The notes under the pieces are model-generated. The model saw only the letters and a program-made list of their open reading frames with translations. It searched no databases and was not told the DNA's origin. A stretch of DNA of 64,000 bases from Auanema rhodensis (lineage: Eukaryota > Animalia > Nematoda), in the NCBI GenBank assembly GCA_964057225.1, contig OZ059898.1, forward strand, positions 18,352,001 to 18,416,000, given 5' to 3'. The position numbers and the translations under genes are program-made. Positions 9,001 to 24,000 of this stretch are shown piece after piece; within the stretch, counting starts at the first letter, position 1, and every line of letters starts with the position of its first letter.

Positions 9001-12000
9001 TAAATTATTTTGAAATTTTTCGAAAAAATTTTTGTCAAAATGTTTTTGGAAGCAATGTTGAGTGTACATGGAAACTCAACATACACTAATGCATCATTTT
9101 TCAAACGATCATAACTAATTTTTGTATTAAGCGTTTCTCAATGTAGTATAGTGCATTCGATGCGGATTTTTAAGCTGCGTCGATCTGTGTTATCAGATTT
9201 GCGCTAGCTTAAAAATGCACCGAGATATCAACTGATATAAGTTCACACTTATATCCTCGATTTTCACCCTGAAGAATTATTTTTTTCGTTGAATAACATT
9301 GTCCATCGTCTTTGCCTTGAAAAAAGGAATCTAAAAACATCTACTTTTTGCTAAATTATTTTGAAATTTTTCGAAAAAATTTTTGTCAAAATGTTTTTGG
9401 AAGCAATGTTGAGTGAACATGGAAACTCAACATGCACTAATGCATCATTTTTCGAACAATCATAACTAATTTTTGTATTAAGCGTTTCTCAATGTAGTAT
9501 AGTGCATTTGATGCGGATTTTTAAGCTGCGTCGATCTGTGTTATCAGATTTGCGCTAGCTTAAAAATGCACCGAGATATCAACTGATATAAGTTCACACT
9601 TATATCCTCGATTTTCACCCTGAAGAATTAATTTTTTCGTTGAATAACATTGTCCATCGTCTTTGCCTTGAAAAAAGGAATCTAAAAACATCTACTTTTT
9701 GCTAAATTATTTTGAAATTTTTCGAAAAAATTTTTGTCAAAATGTTTTTGGAAGCAATGTTGAGTGAACATGGAAACTCAACATACACTAATGCATCATT
9801 TTTCGAACAATCATAACTAATTTTTGTATTAAGCGTTTCTCAATGTAGTATAGTGCATTTGATGCGGATTTTTAAGCTGCGTCGATCTGTGTTATCAGAT
9901 TTGCGCTAGCTTAAAAATGCACCGAGATATCAACTGATATAAGTTCACACTTATATCCTCGATTTTCACCCTGAAGAATTATTTTTTTCGTTGAATAACA
10001 TTGTCCATCGTCTTTGCCTTGAAAAAAGGAATCTAAAAACATCTACTTTTTGCTAAATTATTTTGAAATTTTTCGAAAAAATTTTTGTCAAAATGTTTTT
10101 GGAAGCAATGTTGAGTGAACATGGAAACTCAACATGCACTAATGCATCATTTTTCGAACAATCATAACTAATTTTTGTATTAAGCGTTTCTCAATGTAGT
10201 ATAGTGCATTTGATGCGGATTTTTAAGCTGCGTCGATCTGTGTTATCAGATTTGCGCTAGCTTAAAAATGCACCGAGATATCAACTGATATAAGTTCACA
10301 CTTATATCCTCGATTTTCACCCTGAAGAATTAATTTTTTCGTTGAATAACATTGTCCATCGTCTTTGCCTTGAAAAAAGGAATCTAAAAACATCTACTTT
10401 TTGCTAAATTATTTTGAAATTTTTCGAAAAAATTTTTGTCAAAATGTTTTTGGAAGCAATGTTGAGTGAACATGGAAACTCAACATACACTAATGCATCA
10501 TTTTTCGAACAATCATAACTAATTTTTGTATTAAGCGTTTCTCAATGTAGTATAGTGCATTTGATGCGGATTTTTAAGCTGCGTCGATCTGTGTTATCAG
10601 ATTTGCGCTAGCTTAAAAATGCACCGAGATATCAACTGATATAAGTTCACACTTATATCCTCGATTTTCACCCTGAAGAATTAATTTTTTCGTTGAATAA
10701 CATTGTCCATCGTCTTTGCCTTGAAAAAAGGAATCTAAAAACATCTACTTTTTGCTAAATTATTTTGAAATTTTTCGAAAAAATTTTTGTCAAAATGTTT
10801 TTGGAAGCAATGTTGAGTGAACATGGAAACTCAACATACACTAATGCATCATTTTTCGAACAATCATAACTAATTTTTGTATTAAGCGTTTCTCAATGTA
10901 GTATAGTGCATTTGATGCGGATTTTTAAGCTGCGTCGATCTGTGTTATCAGATTTGCGCTAGCTTAAAAATGCACCGAGATATCAACTGATATAAGTTCA
11001 CACCTATATCCTCGATTTTCACCCTGAAGAATTAATTTTTTCGTTGAATAACATTGTCCATCGTCTTTGCCTTGAAAAAAGGAATCTAAAAACATCTACT
11101 TTTTGCTAAATTATTTTGAAATTTTTCGAAAAAATTTTTGTCAAAATGTTTTTGGAAGCAATGTTGAGTGTACATGGAAACTCAACATACACTAATGCAT
11201 CATTTTTCAAACGATCATAACTAATTTTTGTATTAAGCGTTTCTCAATGTAGTATAGTGCATTCGATGCGGATTTTTAAGCTGCGTCGATCTGTGTTATC
11301 AGATTTGCGCTAGCTTAAAAATGCACCGAGATATCAACTGATATAAGTTCACACTTATATCCTCGATTTTCACCCTGAAGAATTATTTTTTTCGTTGAAT
11401 AACATTGTCCATCGTCTTTGCCTTGAAAGAAGGAATCTAAAAACATCTACTTTTTGCTAAATTATTTTGAAATTTTTCGAAAAAATTTTTGTCAAAATGT
11501 TTTTGGAAGCAATGTTGAGTGTACATGGAAACTCAACATACACTAATGCATCATTTTTCAAACGATCATAACTAATTTTTGTATTAAGCGTTTCTCAATG
11601 TAGTATAGTGCATTCGATGCGGATTTTTAAGCTGCGTCGATCTGTGTTATCAGATTTGCGCTAGCTTAAAAATGCACCGAGATATCAACTGATATAAGTT
11701 CACACTTATATCCTCGATTTTCACCCTGAAGAATTATTTTTTTCGTTGAATAACATTGTCCATCGTCTTTGCCTTGAAAAAAGGAATCTAAAAACATCTA
11801 CTTTTTGCTAAATTATTTTGAAATTTTTCGAAAAAATTTTTGTCAAAATGTTTTTGGAAGCAATGTTGAGTGAACATGGAAACTCAACATACACTAATGC
11901 ATCATTTTTCGAACAATCATAACTAATTTTTGTATTAAGCGTTTCTCAATGTAGTATAGTGCATTTGATGCGGATTTTTAAGCTGCGTCGATCTGTGTTA

Positions 12001-15000
12001 TCAGATTTGCGCTAGCTTAAAAATGCACCGAGATATCAACTGATATAAGTTCACACTTATATCCTCGATTTTCACCCTGAAGAATTAATTTTTTCGTTGA
12101 ATAACATTGTCCATCGTCTTTGCCTTGAAAAAAGGAATCTAAAAACATCTACTTTTTGCTAAATTATTTTGAAATTTTTCGAAAAAATTTTTGTCAAAAT
12201 GTTTTTGGAAGCAATGTTGAGTGTACATGGAAACTCAACATACACTAATGCATCATTTTTCAAACGATCATAACTAATTTTTGTATTAAGCGTTTCTCAA
12301 TGTAGTATAGTGCATTTGATGCGGATTTTTAAGCTGCGTCGATCTGTGTTATCAGATTTGCGCTAGCTTAAAAATGCACCGAGATATCAACTGATATAAG
12401 TTCACACTTATATCCTCGATTTTCACCCTGAAGAATTAATTTTTTCGTTGAATAACATTGTCCATCGTCTTTGCCTTGAAAAAAGGAATCTAAAAACATC
12501 TACTTTTTGCTAAATTATTTTGAAATTTTTCGAAAAAATTTTTGTCAAAATGTTTTTGGAAGCAATGTTGAGTGTACATGGAAACTCAACATACACTAAT
12601 GCATCATTTTTCAAACGATCATAACTAATTTTTGTATTAAGCGTTTCTCAATGTAGTATAGTGCATTTGATGCGGATTTTTAAGCTGCGTCGATCTGTGT
12701 TATCAGATTTGCGCTAGCTTAAAAATGCACCGAGATATCAACTGATATAAGTTCACACTTATATCCTCGATTTTCACCCTGAAGAATTAATTTTTTCGTT
12801 GAATAACATTGTCCATCGTCTTTGCCTTGAAAAAAGGAATCTAAAAACATCTACTTTTTGCTAAATTATTTTGAAATTTTTCGAAAAAATTTTTGTCAAA
12901 ATGTTTTTGGAAGCAATGTTGAGTGAACATGGAAACTCAACATACACTAATGCATCATTTTTCGAACAATCATAACTAATTTTTGTATTAAGCGTTTCTC
13001 AATGTAGTATAGTGCATTTGATGCGGATTTTTAAGCTGCGTCGATCTGTGTTATCAGATTTGCGCTAGCTTAAAAATGCACCGAGATATCAACTGATATA
13101 AGTTCACACTTATATCCTCGATTTTCACCCTGAAGAATTATTTTTTTCGTTGAATAACATTGTCCATCGTCTTTGCCTTGAAAAAAGGAATCTAAAAACA
13201 TCTACTTTTTGCTAAATTATTTTGAAATTTTTCGAAAAAATTTTTGTCAAAATGTTTTTGGAAGCAATGTTGAGTGTACATGGAAACTCAACATACACTA
13301 ATGCATCATTTTTCAAACGATCATAACTAATTTTTGTATTAAGCATTTCTCAATGTAGTATAGTGCATTCGATGCGGATTTTTAAGCTGCGTCGATCTGT
13401 GTTATCAGATTTGCGCTAGCTTAAAAATGCACCGAGATATCAACTGATATAAGTTCACACTTATATCCTCGATTTTCACCCTGAAGAATTATTTTTTTCG
13501 TTGAATAACATTGTCCATCGTCTTTGCCTTGAAAAAAGGAATCTAAAAACATCTACTTTTTGCTAAATTATTTTGAAATTTTTCGAAAAAATTTTTGTCA
13601 AAATGTTTTTGGAAGCAATGTTGAGTGAACATGGAAACTCAACATACACTAATGCATCATTTTTCGAACAATCATAACTAATTTTTGTATTAAGCGTTTC
13701 TCAATGTAGTATAGTGCATTTGATGCGGATTTTTAAGCTGCGTCGATCTGTGTTATCAGATTTGCGCTAGCTTAAAAATGCACCGAGATATCAACTGATA
13801 TAAGTTCACACTTATATCCTCGATTTTCACCCTGAAGAATTAATTTTTTCGTTGAATAACATTGTCCATCGTCTTTGCCTTGAAAAAAGGAATCTAAAAA
13901 CATCTACTTTTTGCTAAATTATTCTGAAATTTTTCGAAAAAATTTTTGTCAAAATGTTTTTGGAAGCAATGTTGAGTGTACATGGAAACTCAACATACAC
14001 TAATGCATCATTTTTCAAACGATCATAACTAATTTTTGTATTAAGCGTTTCTCAATGTAGTATAGTGCATTTGATGCGGATTTTTAAGCTGCGTCGATCT
14101 GTGTTATCAGATTTGCGCTAGCTTAAAAATGCACCGAGATATCAACTGATATAAGTTCACACTTATATCCTCGATTTTCACCCTGAAGAATTAATTTTTT
14201 CGTTGAATAACATTGTCCATCGTCTTTGCCTTGAAAAAAGGAATCTAAAAACATCTACTTTTTGCTAAATTATTTTGAAATTTTTCGAAAAAATTTTTGT
14301 CAAAATGTTTTTGGAAGCAATGTTGAGTGAACATGGAAACTCAACATACACTAATGCATCATTTTTCGAACAATCATAACTAATTTTTGTATTAAGCGTT
14401 TCTCAATGTAGTATAGTGCATTTGATGCGGATTTTTAAGCTGCGTCGATCTGTGTTATCAGATTTGCGCTAGCTTAAAAATGCACCGAGATATCAACTGA
14501 TATAAGTTCACACTTATATCCTCGATTTTCACCCTGAAGAATTATTTTTTTCGTTGAATAACATTGTCCATCGTCTTTGCCTTGAAAAAAGGAATCTAAA
14601 AACATCTACTTTTTGCTAAATTATTTTGAAATTTTTCGAAAAAATTTTTGTCAAAATGTTTTTGGAAGCAATGTTGAGTGAACATGGAAACTCAACATAC
14701 ACTAATGCATCATTTTTCGAACAATCATAACTAATTTTTGTATTAAGCGTTTCTCAATGTAGTATAGTGCATTTGATGCGGATTTTTAAGCTGCGTCGAT
14801 CTGTGTTATCAGATTTGCGCTAGCTTAAAAATGCACCGAGATATCAACTGATATAAGTTCACACTTATATCCTCGATTTTCACCCTGAAGAATTATTTTT
14901 TTCGTTGAATAACATTGTCCATCGTCTTTGCCTTGAAAAAAGGAATCTAAAAACATCTACTTTTTGCTAAATTATTTTGAAATTTTTCGAAAAAATTTTT

Positions 15001-18000
15001 GTCAAAATGTTTTTGGAAGCAATGTTGAGTGTACATGGAAACTCAACATACACTAATGCATCATTTTTCAAACGATCATAACTAATTTTTGTATTAAGCG
15101 TTTCTCAATGTAGTATAGTGCATTTGATGCGGATTTTTAAGCTGCGTCGATCTGTGTTATCAGATTTGCGCTAGCTTAAAAATGCACCGAGATATCAACT
15201 GATATAAGTTCACACTTATATCCTCGATTTTCACCCTGAAGAATTATTTTTTTCGTTGAATAACATTGTCCATCGTCTTTGCCTTGAAAAAAGGAATCTA
15301 AAAACATCTACTTTTTGCTAAATTATTTTGAAATTTTTCGAAAAAATTTTTGTCAAAATGTTTTTGGAAGCAATGTTGAGTGAACATGGAAACTCAACAT
15401 ACACTAATGCATCATTTTTCGAACAATCATAACTAATTTTTGTATTAAGCGTTTCTCAATGTAGTATAGTGCATTTGATGCGGATTTTTAAGCTGCGTCG
15501 ATCTGTGTTATCAGATTTGCGCTAGCTTAAAAATGCACCGAGATATCAACTGATATAAGTTCACACTTATATCCTCGATTTTCACCCTGAAGAATTATTT
15601 TTTTCGTTGAATAACATTGTCCATCGTCTTTGCCTTGAAAAAAGGAATCTAAAAACATCTACTTTTTGCTAAATTATTTTGAAATTTTTCGAAAAAATTT
15701 TTGTCAAAATGTTTTTGGAAGCAATGTTGAGTGAACATGGAAACTCAACATACACTAATGCATCATTTTTCGAACAATCATAACTAATTTTTGTATTAAG
15801 CGTTTCTCAATGTAGTATAGTGCATTTGATGCGGATTTTTAAGCTGCGTCGATCTGTGTTATCAGATTTGCGCTAGCTTAAAAATGCACCGAGATATCAA
15901 CTGATATAAGTTCACACTTATATCCTCGATTTTCACCCTGAAGAATTAATTTTTTCGTTGAATAACATTGTCCATCGTCTTTGCCTTGAAAAAAGGAATC
16001 TAAAAACATCTACTTTTTGCTAAATTATTTTGAAATTTTTCGAAAAAATTTTTGTCAAAATGTTTTTGGAAGCAATGTTGAGTGTACATGGAAACTCAAC
16101 ATACACTAATGCATCATTTTTCAAACGATCATAACTAATTTTTGTATTAAGCGTTTCTCAATGTAGTATAGTGCATTCGATGCGGATTTTTAAGCTGCGT
16201 CGATCTGTGTTATCAGATTTGCGCTAGCTTAAAAATGCACCGAGATATCAACTGATATAAGTTCACACTTATATCCTCGATTTTCACCCTGAAGAATTAT
16301 TTTTTTCGTTGAATAACATTGTCCATCGTCTTTGCCTTGAAAAAAGGAATCTAAAAACATCTACTTTTTGCTAAATTATTTTGAAATTTTTCGAAAAAAT
16401 TTTTGTCAAAATGTTTTTGGAAGCAATGTTGAGTGAACATGGAAACTCAACATACACTAATGCATCATTTTTCGAACAATCATAACTAATTTTTGTATTA
16501 AGCGTTTCTCAATGTAGTATAGTGCATTTGATGCGGATTTTTAAGCTGCGTCGATCTGTGTTATCAGATTTGCGCTAGCTTAAAAATGCACCGAGATATC
16601 AACTGATATAAGTTCACACTTATATCCTCGATTTTCACCCTGAAGAATTAATTTTTTCGTTGAATAACATTGTCCATCGTCTTTGCCTTGAAAAAAGGAA
16701 TCTAAAAACATCTACTTTTTGCTAAATTATTTTGAAATTTTTCGAAAAAATTTTTGTCAAAATGTTTTTGGAAGCAATGTTGAGTGTACATGGAAACTCA
16801 ACATACACTAATGCATCATTTTTCAAACGATCATAACTAATTTTTGTATTAAGCGTTTTTCAATGTAGTATAGTGCATTCGATGCGGATTTTTAAGCTGC
16901 GTCGATCTGTGTTATCAGATTTGCGCTAGCTTAAAAATGCACCGAGATATCAACTGATATAAGTTCACACTTATATCCTCGATTTTCACCCTGAAGAATT
17001 ATTTTTTTCGTTGAATAACATTGTCCATCGTCTTTGCCTTGAAAAAAGGAATCTAAAAACATCTACTTTTTGCTAAATTATTTTGAAATTTTTCGAAAAA
17101 ATTTTTGTCAAAATGTTTTTGGAAGCAATGTTGAGTGTACATGGAAACTCAACATACAGTAATGCATCATTTTTCAAACGATCATAACTAATTTTTGTAT
17201 TAAGCATTTCTCAATGTAGTATAGTGCATTCGATGCGGATTTTTAAGCTGCGTCGATCTGTGTTATCAGATTTGCGCTAGCTTAAAAATGCACCGAGATA
17301 TCAACTGATATAAGTTCACACTTATATCCTCGATTTTCACCCTGAAGAATTATTTTTTTCGTTGAATAACATTGTCCATCGTCTTTGCCTTGAAAAAAGG
17401 AATCTAAAAACATCTACTTTTTGCTAAATTATTTTGAAATTTTTCGAAAAAATTTTTGTCAAAGTGTTTTTGGAAGCAATGTTGAGTGTACATGGAAACT
17501 CAACATACACTAATGCATCATTTTTCAAACGATCATAACTAATTTTTGTATTAAGCATTTCTCAATGTAGTATAGTGCATTCGATGCGGATTTTTAAGCT
17601 GCGTCGATCTGTGTTATCAGATTTGCGCTAGCTTAAAAATGCACCGAGATATCAACTGATATAAGTTCACACTTATATCCTCGATTTTCACCCTGAAGAA
17701 TTATTTTTTTCGTTGAATAACATTGTCCATCGTCTTTGCCTTGAAAAAAGGAATCTAAAAACATCTACTTTTTGCTAAATTATTTTGAAATTTTTCGAAA
17801 AAATTTTTGTCAAAATGTTTTTGGAAGCAATGTTGAGTGAACATGGAAACTCAACATACACTAATGCATCATTTTTCGAACAATCATAACTAATTTTTGT
17901 ATTAAGCGTTTCTCAATGTAGTATAGTGCATTTGATGCGGATTTTTAAGCTGCGTCGATCTGTGTTATCAGATTTGCGCTAGCTTAAAAATGCACCGAGA

Positions 18001-21000
18001 TATCAACTGATATAAGTTCACACTTATATCCTCGATTTTCACCCTGAAGAATTAATTTTTTCGTTGAATAACATTGTCCATCGTCTTTGCCTTGAAAAAA
18101 GGAATCTAAAAACATCTACTTTTTGCTAAATTATTTTGAAATTTTTCGAAAAAATTTTTGTCAAAATGTTTTTGGAAGCAATGTTGAGTGAACATGGAAA
18201 CTCAACATACACTAATGCATCATTTTTCGAACAATCATAACTAATTTTTGTATTAAGCGTTTCTCAATGTAGTATAGTGCATTTGATGCGGATTTTTAAG
18301 CTGCGTCGATCTGTGTTATCAGATTTGCGCTAGCTTAAAAATGCACCGAGATATCAACTGATATAAGTTCACACTTATATCCTCGATTTTCACCCTGAAG
18401 AATTATTTTTTTCGTTGAATAACATTGTCCATCGTCTTTGCCTTGAAAAAAGGAATCTAAAAACATCTACTTTTTGCTAAATTATTTTGAAATTTTTCGA
18501 AAAAATTTTTGTCAAAATGTTTTTGGAAGCAATGTTGAGTGAACATGGAAACTCAACATACACTAATGCATCATTTTTCGAACAATCATAACTAATTTTT
18601 GTATTAAGCGTTTCTCAATGTAGTATAGTGCATTTGACGCGGATTTTTAAGCTGCGTCGATCTGTGTTATCAGATTTGCGCTAGCTTAAAAATGCACCGA
18701 GATATCAACTGATATAAGTTCACACTTATATCCTCGATTTTCACCCTGAAGAATTATTTTTTTCGTTGAATAACATTGTCCATCGTCTTTGCCTTGAAAA
18801 AAGGAATCTAAAAACATCTACTTTTTGCTAAATTATTTCGAAATTTTTCGAAAAAATTTTTGTCAAAATGTTTTTGGAAGCAATGTTGAGTGTACATGGA
18901 AACTCAACATACACTAATGCATCATTTTTCAAACGATCATAACTAATTTTTGTATTAAGCGTTTCTCAATGTAGTATAGTGCATTTGATGCGGATTTTTA
19001 AGCTGCGTCGATCTGTGTTATCAGATTTGCGCTAGCTTAAAAATGCACCGAGATATCAACTGATATAAGTTCACACTTATATCCTCGATTTTCACCCTGA
19101 AGAATTAATTTTTTCGTTGAATAACATTGTCCATCGTCTTTGCCTTGAAAAAAGGAATCTAAAAACATCTACTTTTTGCTAAATTATTTTGAAATTTTTC
19201 GAAAAAATTTTTGTCAAAATGTTTTTGGAAGCAATGTTGAGTGTACATGGAAACTCAACATACACTAATGCATCATTTTTCAAACGATCATAACTAATTT
19301 TTGTATTAAGCGTTTCTCAATGTAGTATAGTGCATTTGATGCGGATTTTTAAGCTGCGTCGATCTGTGTTATCAGATTTGCGCTAGCTTAAAAATGCACC
19401 GAGATATCAACTGATATAAGTTTACACTTATATCCTCGATTTTCACCCTGAAGAATTAATTTTTTCGTTGAATAACATTGTCCATCGTCTTTGCCTTGAA
19501 AAAAGGAATCTAAAAACATCTACTTTTTGCTAAATTATTTTGAAATTTTTCGAAAAAATTTTTGTCAAAATGTTTTTGGAAGCAATGTTGAGTGTACATG
19601 GAAACTCAACATACACTAATGCATCATTTTTCAAACGATCATAACTAATTTTTGTATTAAGCGTTTTTCAATGTAGTATAGTGCATTCGATGCGGATTTT
19701 TAAGCTGCGTCGATCTGTGTTATCAGATTTGCGCTAGCTTAAAAATGCACCGAGATAATAACTGATATAAGTTCACACTTATATCCTCGATTTTCACCCT
19801 GAAGAATTATTTTTTTCGTTGAATAACATTGTCCATCGTCTTTGCCTTGAAAAAAGGAATCTAAAAACATCTACTTTTTGCTAAATTATTTTGAAATTTT
19901 TCGAAAAAATTTTTGTCAAAATGTTTTTGGAAGCAATGTTGAGTGAACATGGAAACTCAACATACACTAATGCATCATTTTTCGAACAATCATAACTAAT
20001 TTTTGTATTAAGCGTTTCTCAATGTAGTATAGTGCATTTGATGCGGATTTTTAAGCTGCGTCGATCTGTGTTATCAGATTTGCGCTAGCTTAAAAATGCA
20101 CCGAGATATCAACTGATATAAGTTCACACTTATATCCTCGATTTTCACCCTGAAGAATTAATTTTTTCGTTGAATAACATTGTCCATCGTCTTTGCCTTG
20201 AAAAAAGGAATCTAAAAACATCTACTTTTTGCTAAATTATTCTGAAATTTTTCGAAAAAATTTTTGTCAAAATGTTTTTGGAAGCAATGTTGAGTGTACA
20301 TGGAAACTCAACATACACTAATGCATCATTTTTCAAACGATCATAACTAATTTTTGTATTAAGCGTTTCTCAATGTAGTATAGTGCATTTGATGCGGATT
20401 TTTAAGCTGCGTCGATCTGTGTTATCAGATTTGCGCTAGCTTAAAAATGCACCGAGATATCAACTGATATAAGTTCACACTTATATCCTCGATTTTCACC
20501 CTGAAGAATTAATTTTTTCGTTGAATAACATTGTCCATCGTCTTTGCCTTGAAAAAAGGAATCTAAAAACATCTACTTTTTGCTAAATTATTTTGAAATT
20601 TTTCGAAAAAATTTTTGTCAAAATGTTTTTGGAAGCAATGTTGAGTGAACATGGAAACTCAACATACACTAATGCATCATTTTTCGAACAATCATAACTA
20701 ATTTTTGTATTAAGCATTTCTCAATGTAGTATAGTGCATTCGATGCGGATTTTTAAGCTGCGTCGATCTGTGTTATCAGATTTGCGCTAGCTTAAAAATG
20801 CACCGAGATATCAACTGATATAAGTTCACACTTATATCCTCGATTTTCACCCTGAAGAATTATTTTTTTCGTTGAATAACATTGTCCATCGTCTTTGCCT
20901 TGAAAAAAGGAATCTAAAAACATCTACTTTTTGCTAAATTATTTTGAAATTTTTCGAAAAAATTTTTGTCAAAATGTTTTTGGAAGCAATGTTGAGTGAA

Positions 21001-24000
21001 CATGGAAACTCAACATACACTAATGCATCATTTTTCGAACAATCATAACTAATTTTTGTATTAAGCGTTTCTCAATGTAGTATAGTGCATTTGATGCGGA
21101 TTTTTAAGCTGCGTCGATCTGTGTTATCAGATTTGCGCTAGCTTAAAAATGCACCGAGATATCAACTGATATAAGTTCACACTTATATCCTCGATTTTCA
21201 CCCTGAAGAATTAATTTTTTCGTTGAATAACATTGTCCATCGTCTTTGCCTTGAAAAAAGGAATCTAAAAACATCTACTTTTTGCTAAATTATTTTGAAA
21301 TTTTTCGAAAAAATTTTTGTCAAAATGTTTTTGGAAGCAATGTTGAGTGAACATGGAAACTCAACATACACTAATGCATCATTTTTCGAACAATCATAAC
21401 TAATTTTTGTATTAAGCGTTTCTCAATGTAGTATAGTGCATTTGATGCGGATTTTTAAGCTGCGTCGATCTGTGTTATCAGATTTGCGCTAGCTTAAAAA
21501 TGCACCGAGATATCAACTGATATAAGTTCACACTTATATCCTCGATTTTCACCCTGAAGAATTATTTTTTTCGTTGAATAACATTGTCCATCGTCTTTGC
21601 CTTGAAAAAAGGAATCTAAAAACATCTACTTTTTGCTAAATTATTTTGAAATTTTTCGAAAAAATTTTTGTCAAAATGTTTTTGGAAGCAATGTTGAGTG
21701 AACATGGAAACTCAACATACACTAATGCATCATTTTTCGAACAATCATAACTAATTTTTGTATTAAGCGTTTCTCAATGTAGTATAGTGCATTTGATGCG
21801 GATTTTTAAGCTGCGTCGATCTGTGTTATCAGATTTGCGCTAGCTTAAAAATGCACCGAGATATCAACTGATATAAGTTCACACTTATATCCTCGATTTT
21901 CACCCTGAAGAATTATTTTTTTCGTTGAATAACATTGTCCGTCGTCTTTGCCTTGAAAAAAGGAATCTAAAAACATCTACTTTTTGCTAAATTATTTTGA
22001 AATTTTTCGAAAAAATTTTTGTCAAAATGTTTTTGGAAGCAATGTTGAGTGTACATGGAAACTCAACATACACTAATGCATCATTTTTCAAACGATCATA
22101 ACTAATTTTTGTATTAAGCGTTTCTCAATGTAGTATAGTGCATTTGATGCGGATTTTTAAGCTGCGTCGATCTGTGTTATCAGATTTGCGCTAGCTTAAA
22201 AATGCACCGAGATATCAACTGATATAAGTTCACACTTATATCCTCGATTTTCACCCTGAAGAATTAATTTTTTCGTTGAATAACATTGTCCATCGTCTTT
22301 GCCTTGAAAAAAGGAATCTAAAAACATCTACTTTTTGCTAAATTATTTTGAAATTTTTCGAAAAAATTTTTGTCAAAATGTTTTTGGAAGCAATGTTGAG
22401 TGTACATGGAAACTCAACATACACTAATGCATCATTTTTCAAACGATCATAACTAATTTTTGTATTAAGCGTTTCTCAATGTAGTATAGTGCATTCGATG
22501 CGGATTTTTAAGCTGCGTCGATCTGTGTTATCAGATTTGCGCTAGCTTAAAAATGCACCGAGATATCAACTGATATAAGTTCACACTTATATCCTCGATT
22601 TTCACCCTGAAGAATTATTTTTTTCGTTGAATAACATTGTCCATCGTCTTTGCCTTGAAAAAAGGAATCTAAAAACATCTACTTTTTGCTAAATTATTTT
22701 GAAATTTTTCGAAAAAATTTTTGTCAAAATGTTTTTGGAAGCAATGTTGAGTGAACATGGAAACTCAACATACACTAATGCATCATTTTTCGAACAATCA
22801 TAACTAATTTTTGTATTAAGCGTTTCTCAATGTAGTATAGTGCATTTGATGCGGATTTTTAAGCTGCGTCGATCTGTGTTATCAGATTTGCGCTAGCTTA
22901 AAAATGCACCGAGATATCAACTGATATAAGTTCACACTTATATCCTCGATTTTCACCCTGAAGAATTAATTTTTTCGTTGAATAACATTGTCCATCGTCT
23001 TTGCCTTGAAAAAAGGAATCTAAAAACATCTACTTTTTGCTAAATTATTTTGAAATTTTTCGAAAAAATTTTTGTCAAAATGTTTTTGGAAGCAATGTTG
23101 AGTGTACATGGAAACTCAACATACACTAATGCATCATTTTTCAAACGATCATAACTAATTTTTGTATTAAGCGTTTTTCAATGTAGTATAGTGCATTCGA
23201 TGCGGATTTTTAAGCTGCGTCGATCTGTGTTATCAGATTTGCGCTAGCTTAAAAATGCACCGAGATATCAACTGATATAAGTTCACACTTATATCCTCGA
23301 TTTTCACCCTGAAGAATTAATTTTTTCGTTGAATAACATTGTCCATCGTCTTTGCCTTGAAAAAAGGAATCTAAAAACATCTACTTTTTGCTAAATTATT
23401 TTGAAATTTTTCGAAAAAATTTTTGTCAAAATGTTTTTGGAAGCAATGTTGAGTGAACATGGAAACTCAACATACACTAATGCATCATTTTTCGAACAAT
23501 CATAACTAATTTTTGTATTAAGCGTTTCTCAATGTAGTATAGTGCATTTGATGCGGATTTTTAAGCTGCGTCGATCTGTGTTATCAGATTTGCGCTAGCT
23601 TAAAAATGCACCGAGATATCAACTGATATAAGTTCACACTTATATCCTCGATTTTCACCCTGAAGAATTATTTTTTTCGTTGAATAACATTGTCCATCGT
23701 CTTTGCCTTGAAAAAAGGAATCTAAAAACATCTACTTTTTGCTAAATTATTTTGAAATTTTTCGAAAAAATTTTTGTCAAAATGTTTTTGGAAGCAATGT
23801 TGAGTGTACATGGAAACTCAACATACACTAATGCATCATTTTTCAAACGATCATAACTAATTTTTGTATTAAGCGTTTCTCAATGTAGTATAGTGCATTT
23901 GATGCGGATTTTTAAGCTGCGTCGATCTGTGTTATCAGATTTGCGCTAGCTTAAAAATGCACCGAGATATCAACTGATATAAGTTCACACTTATATCCTC

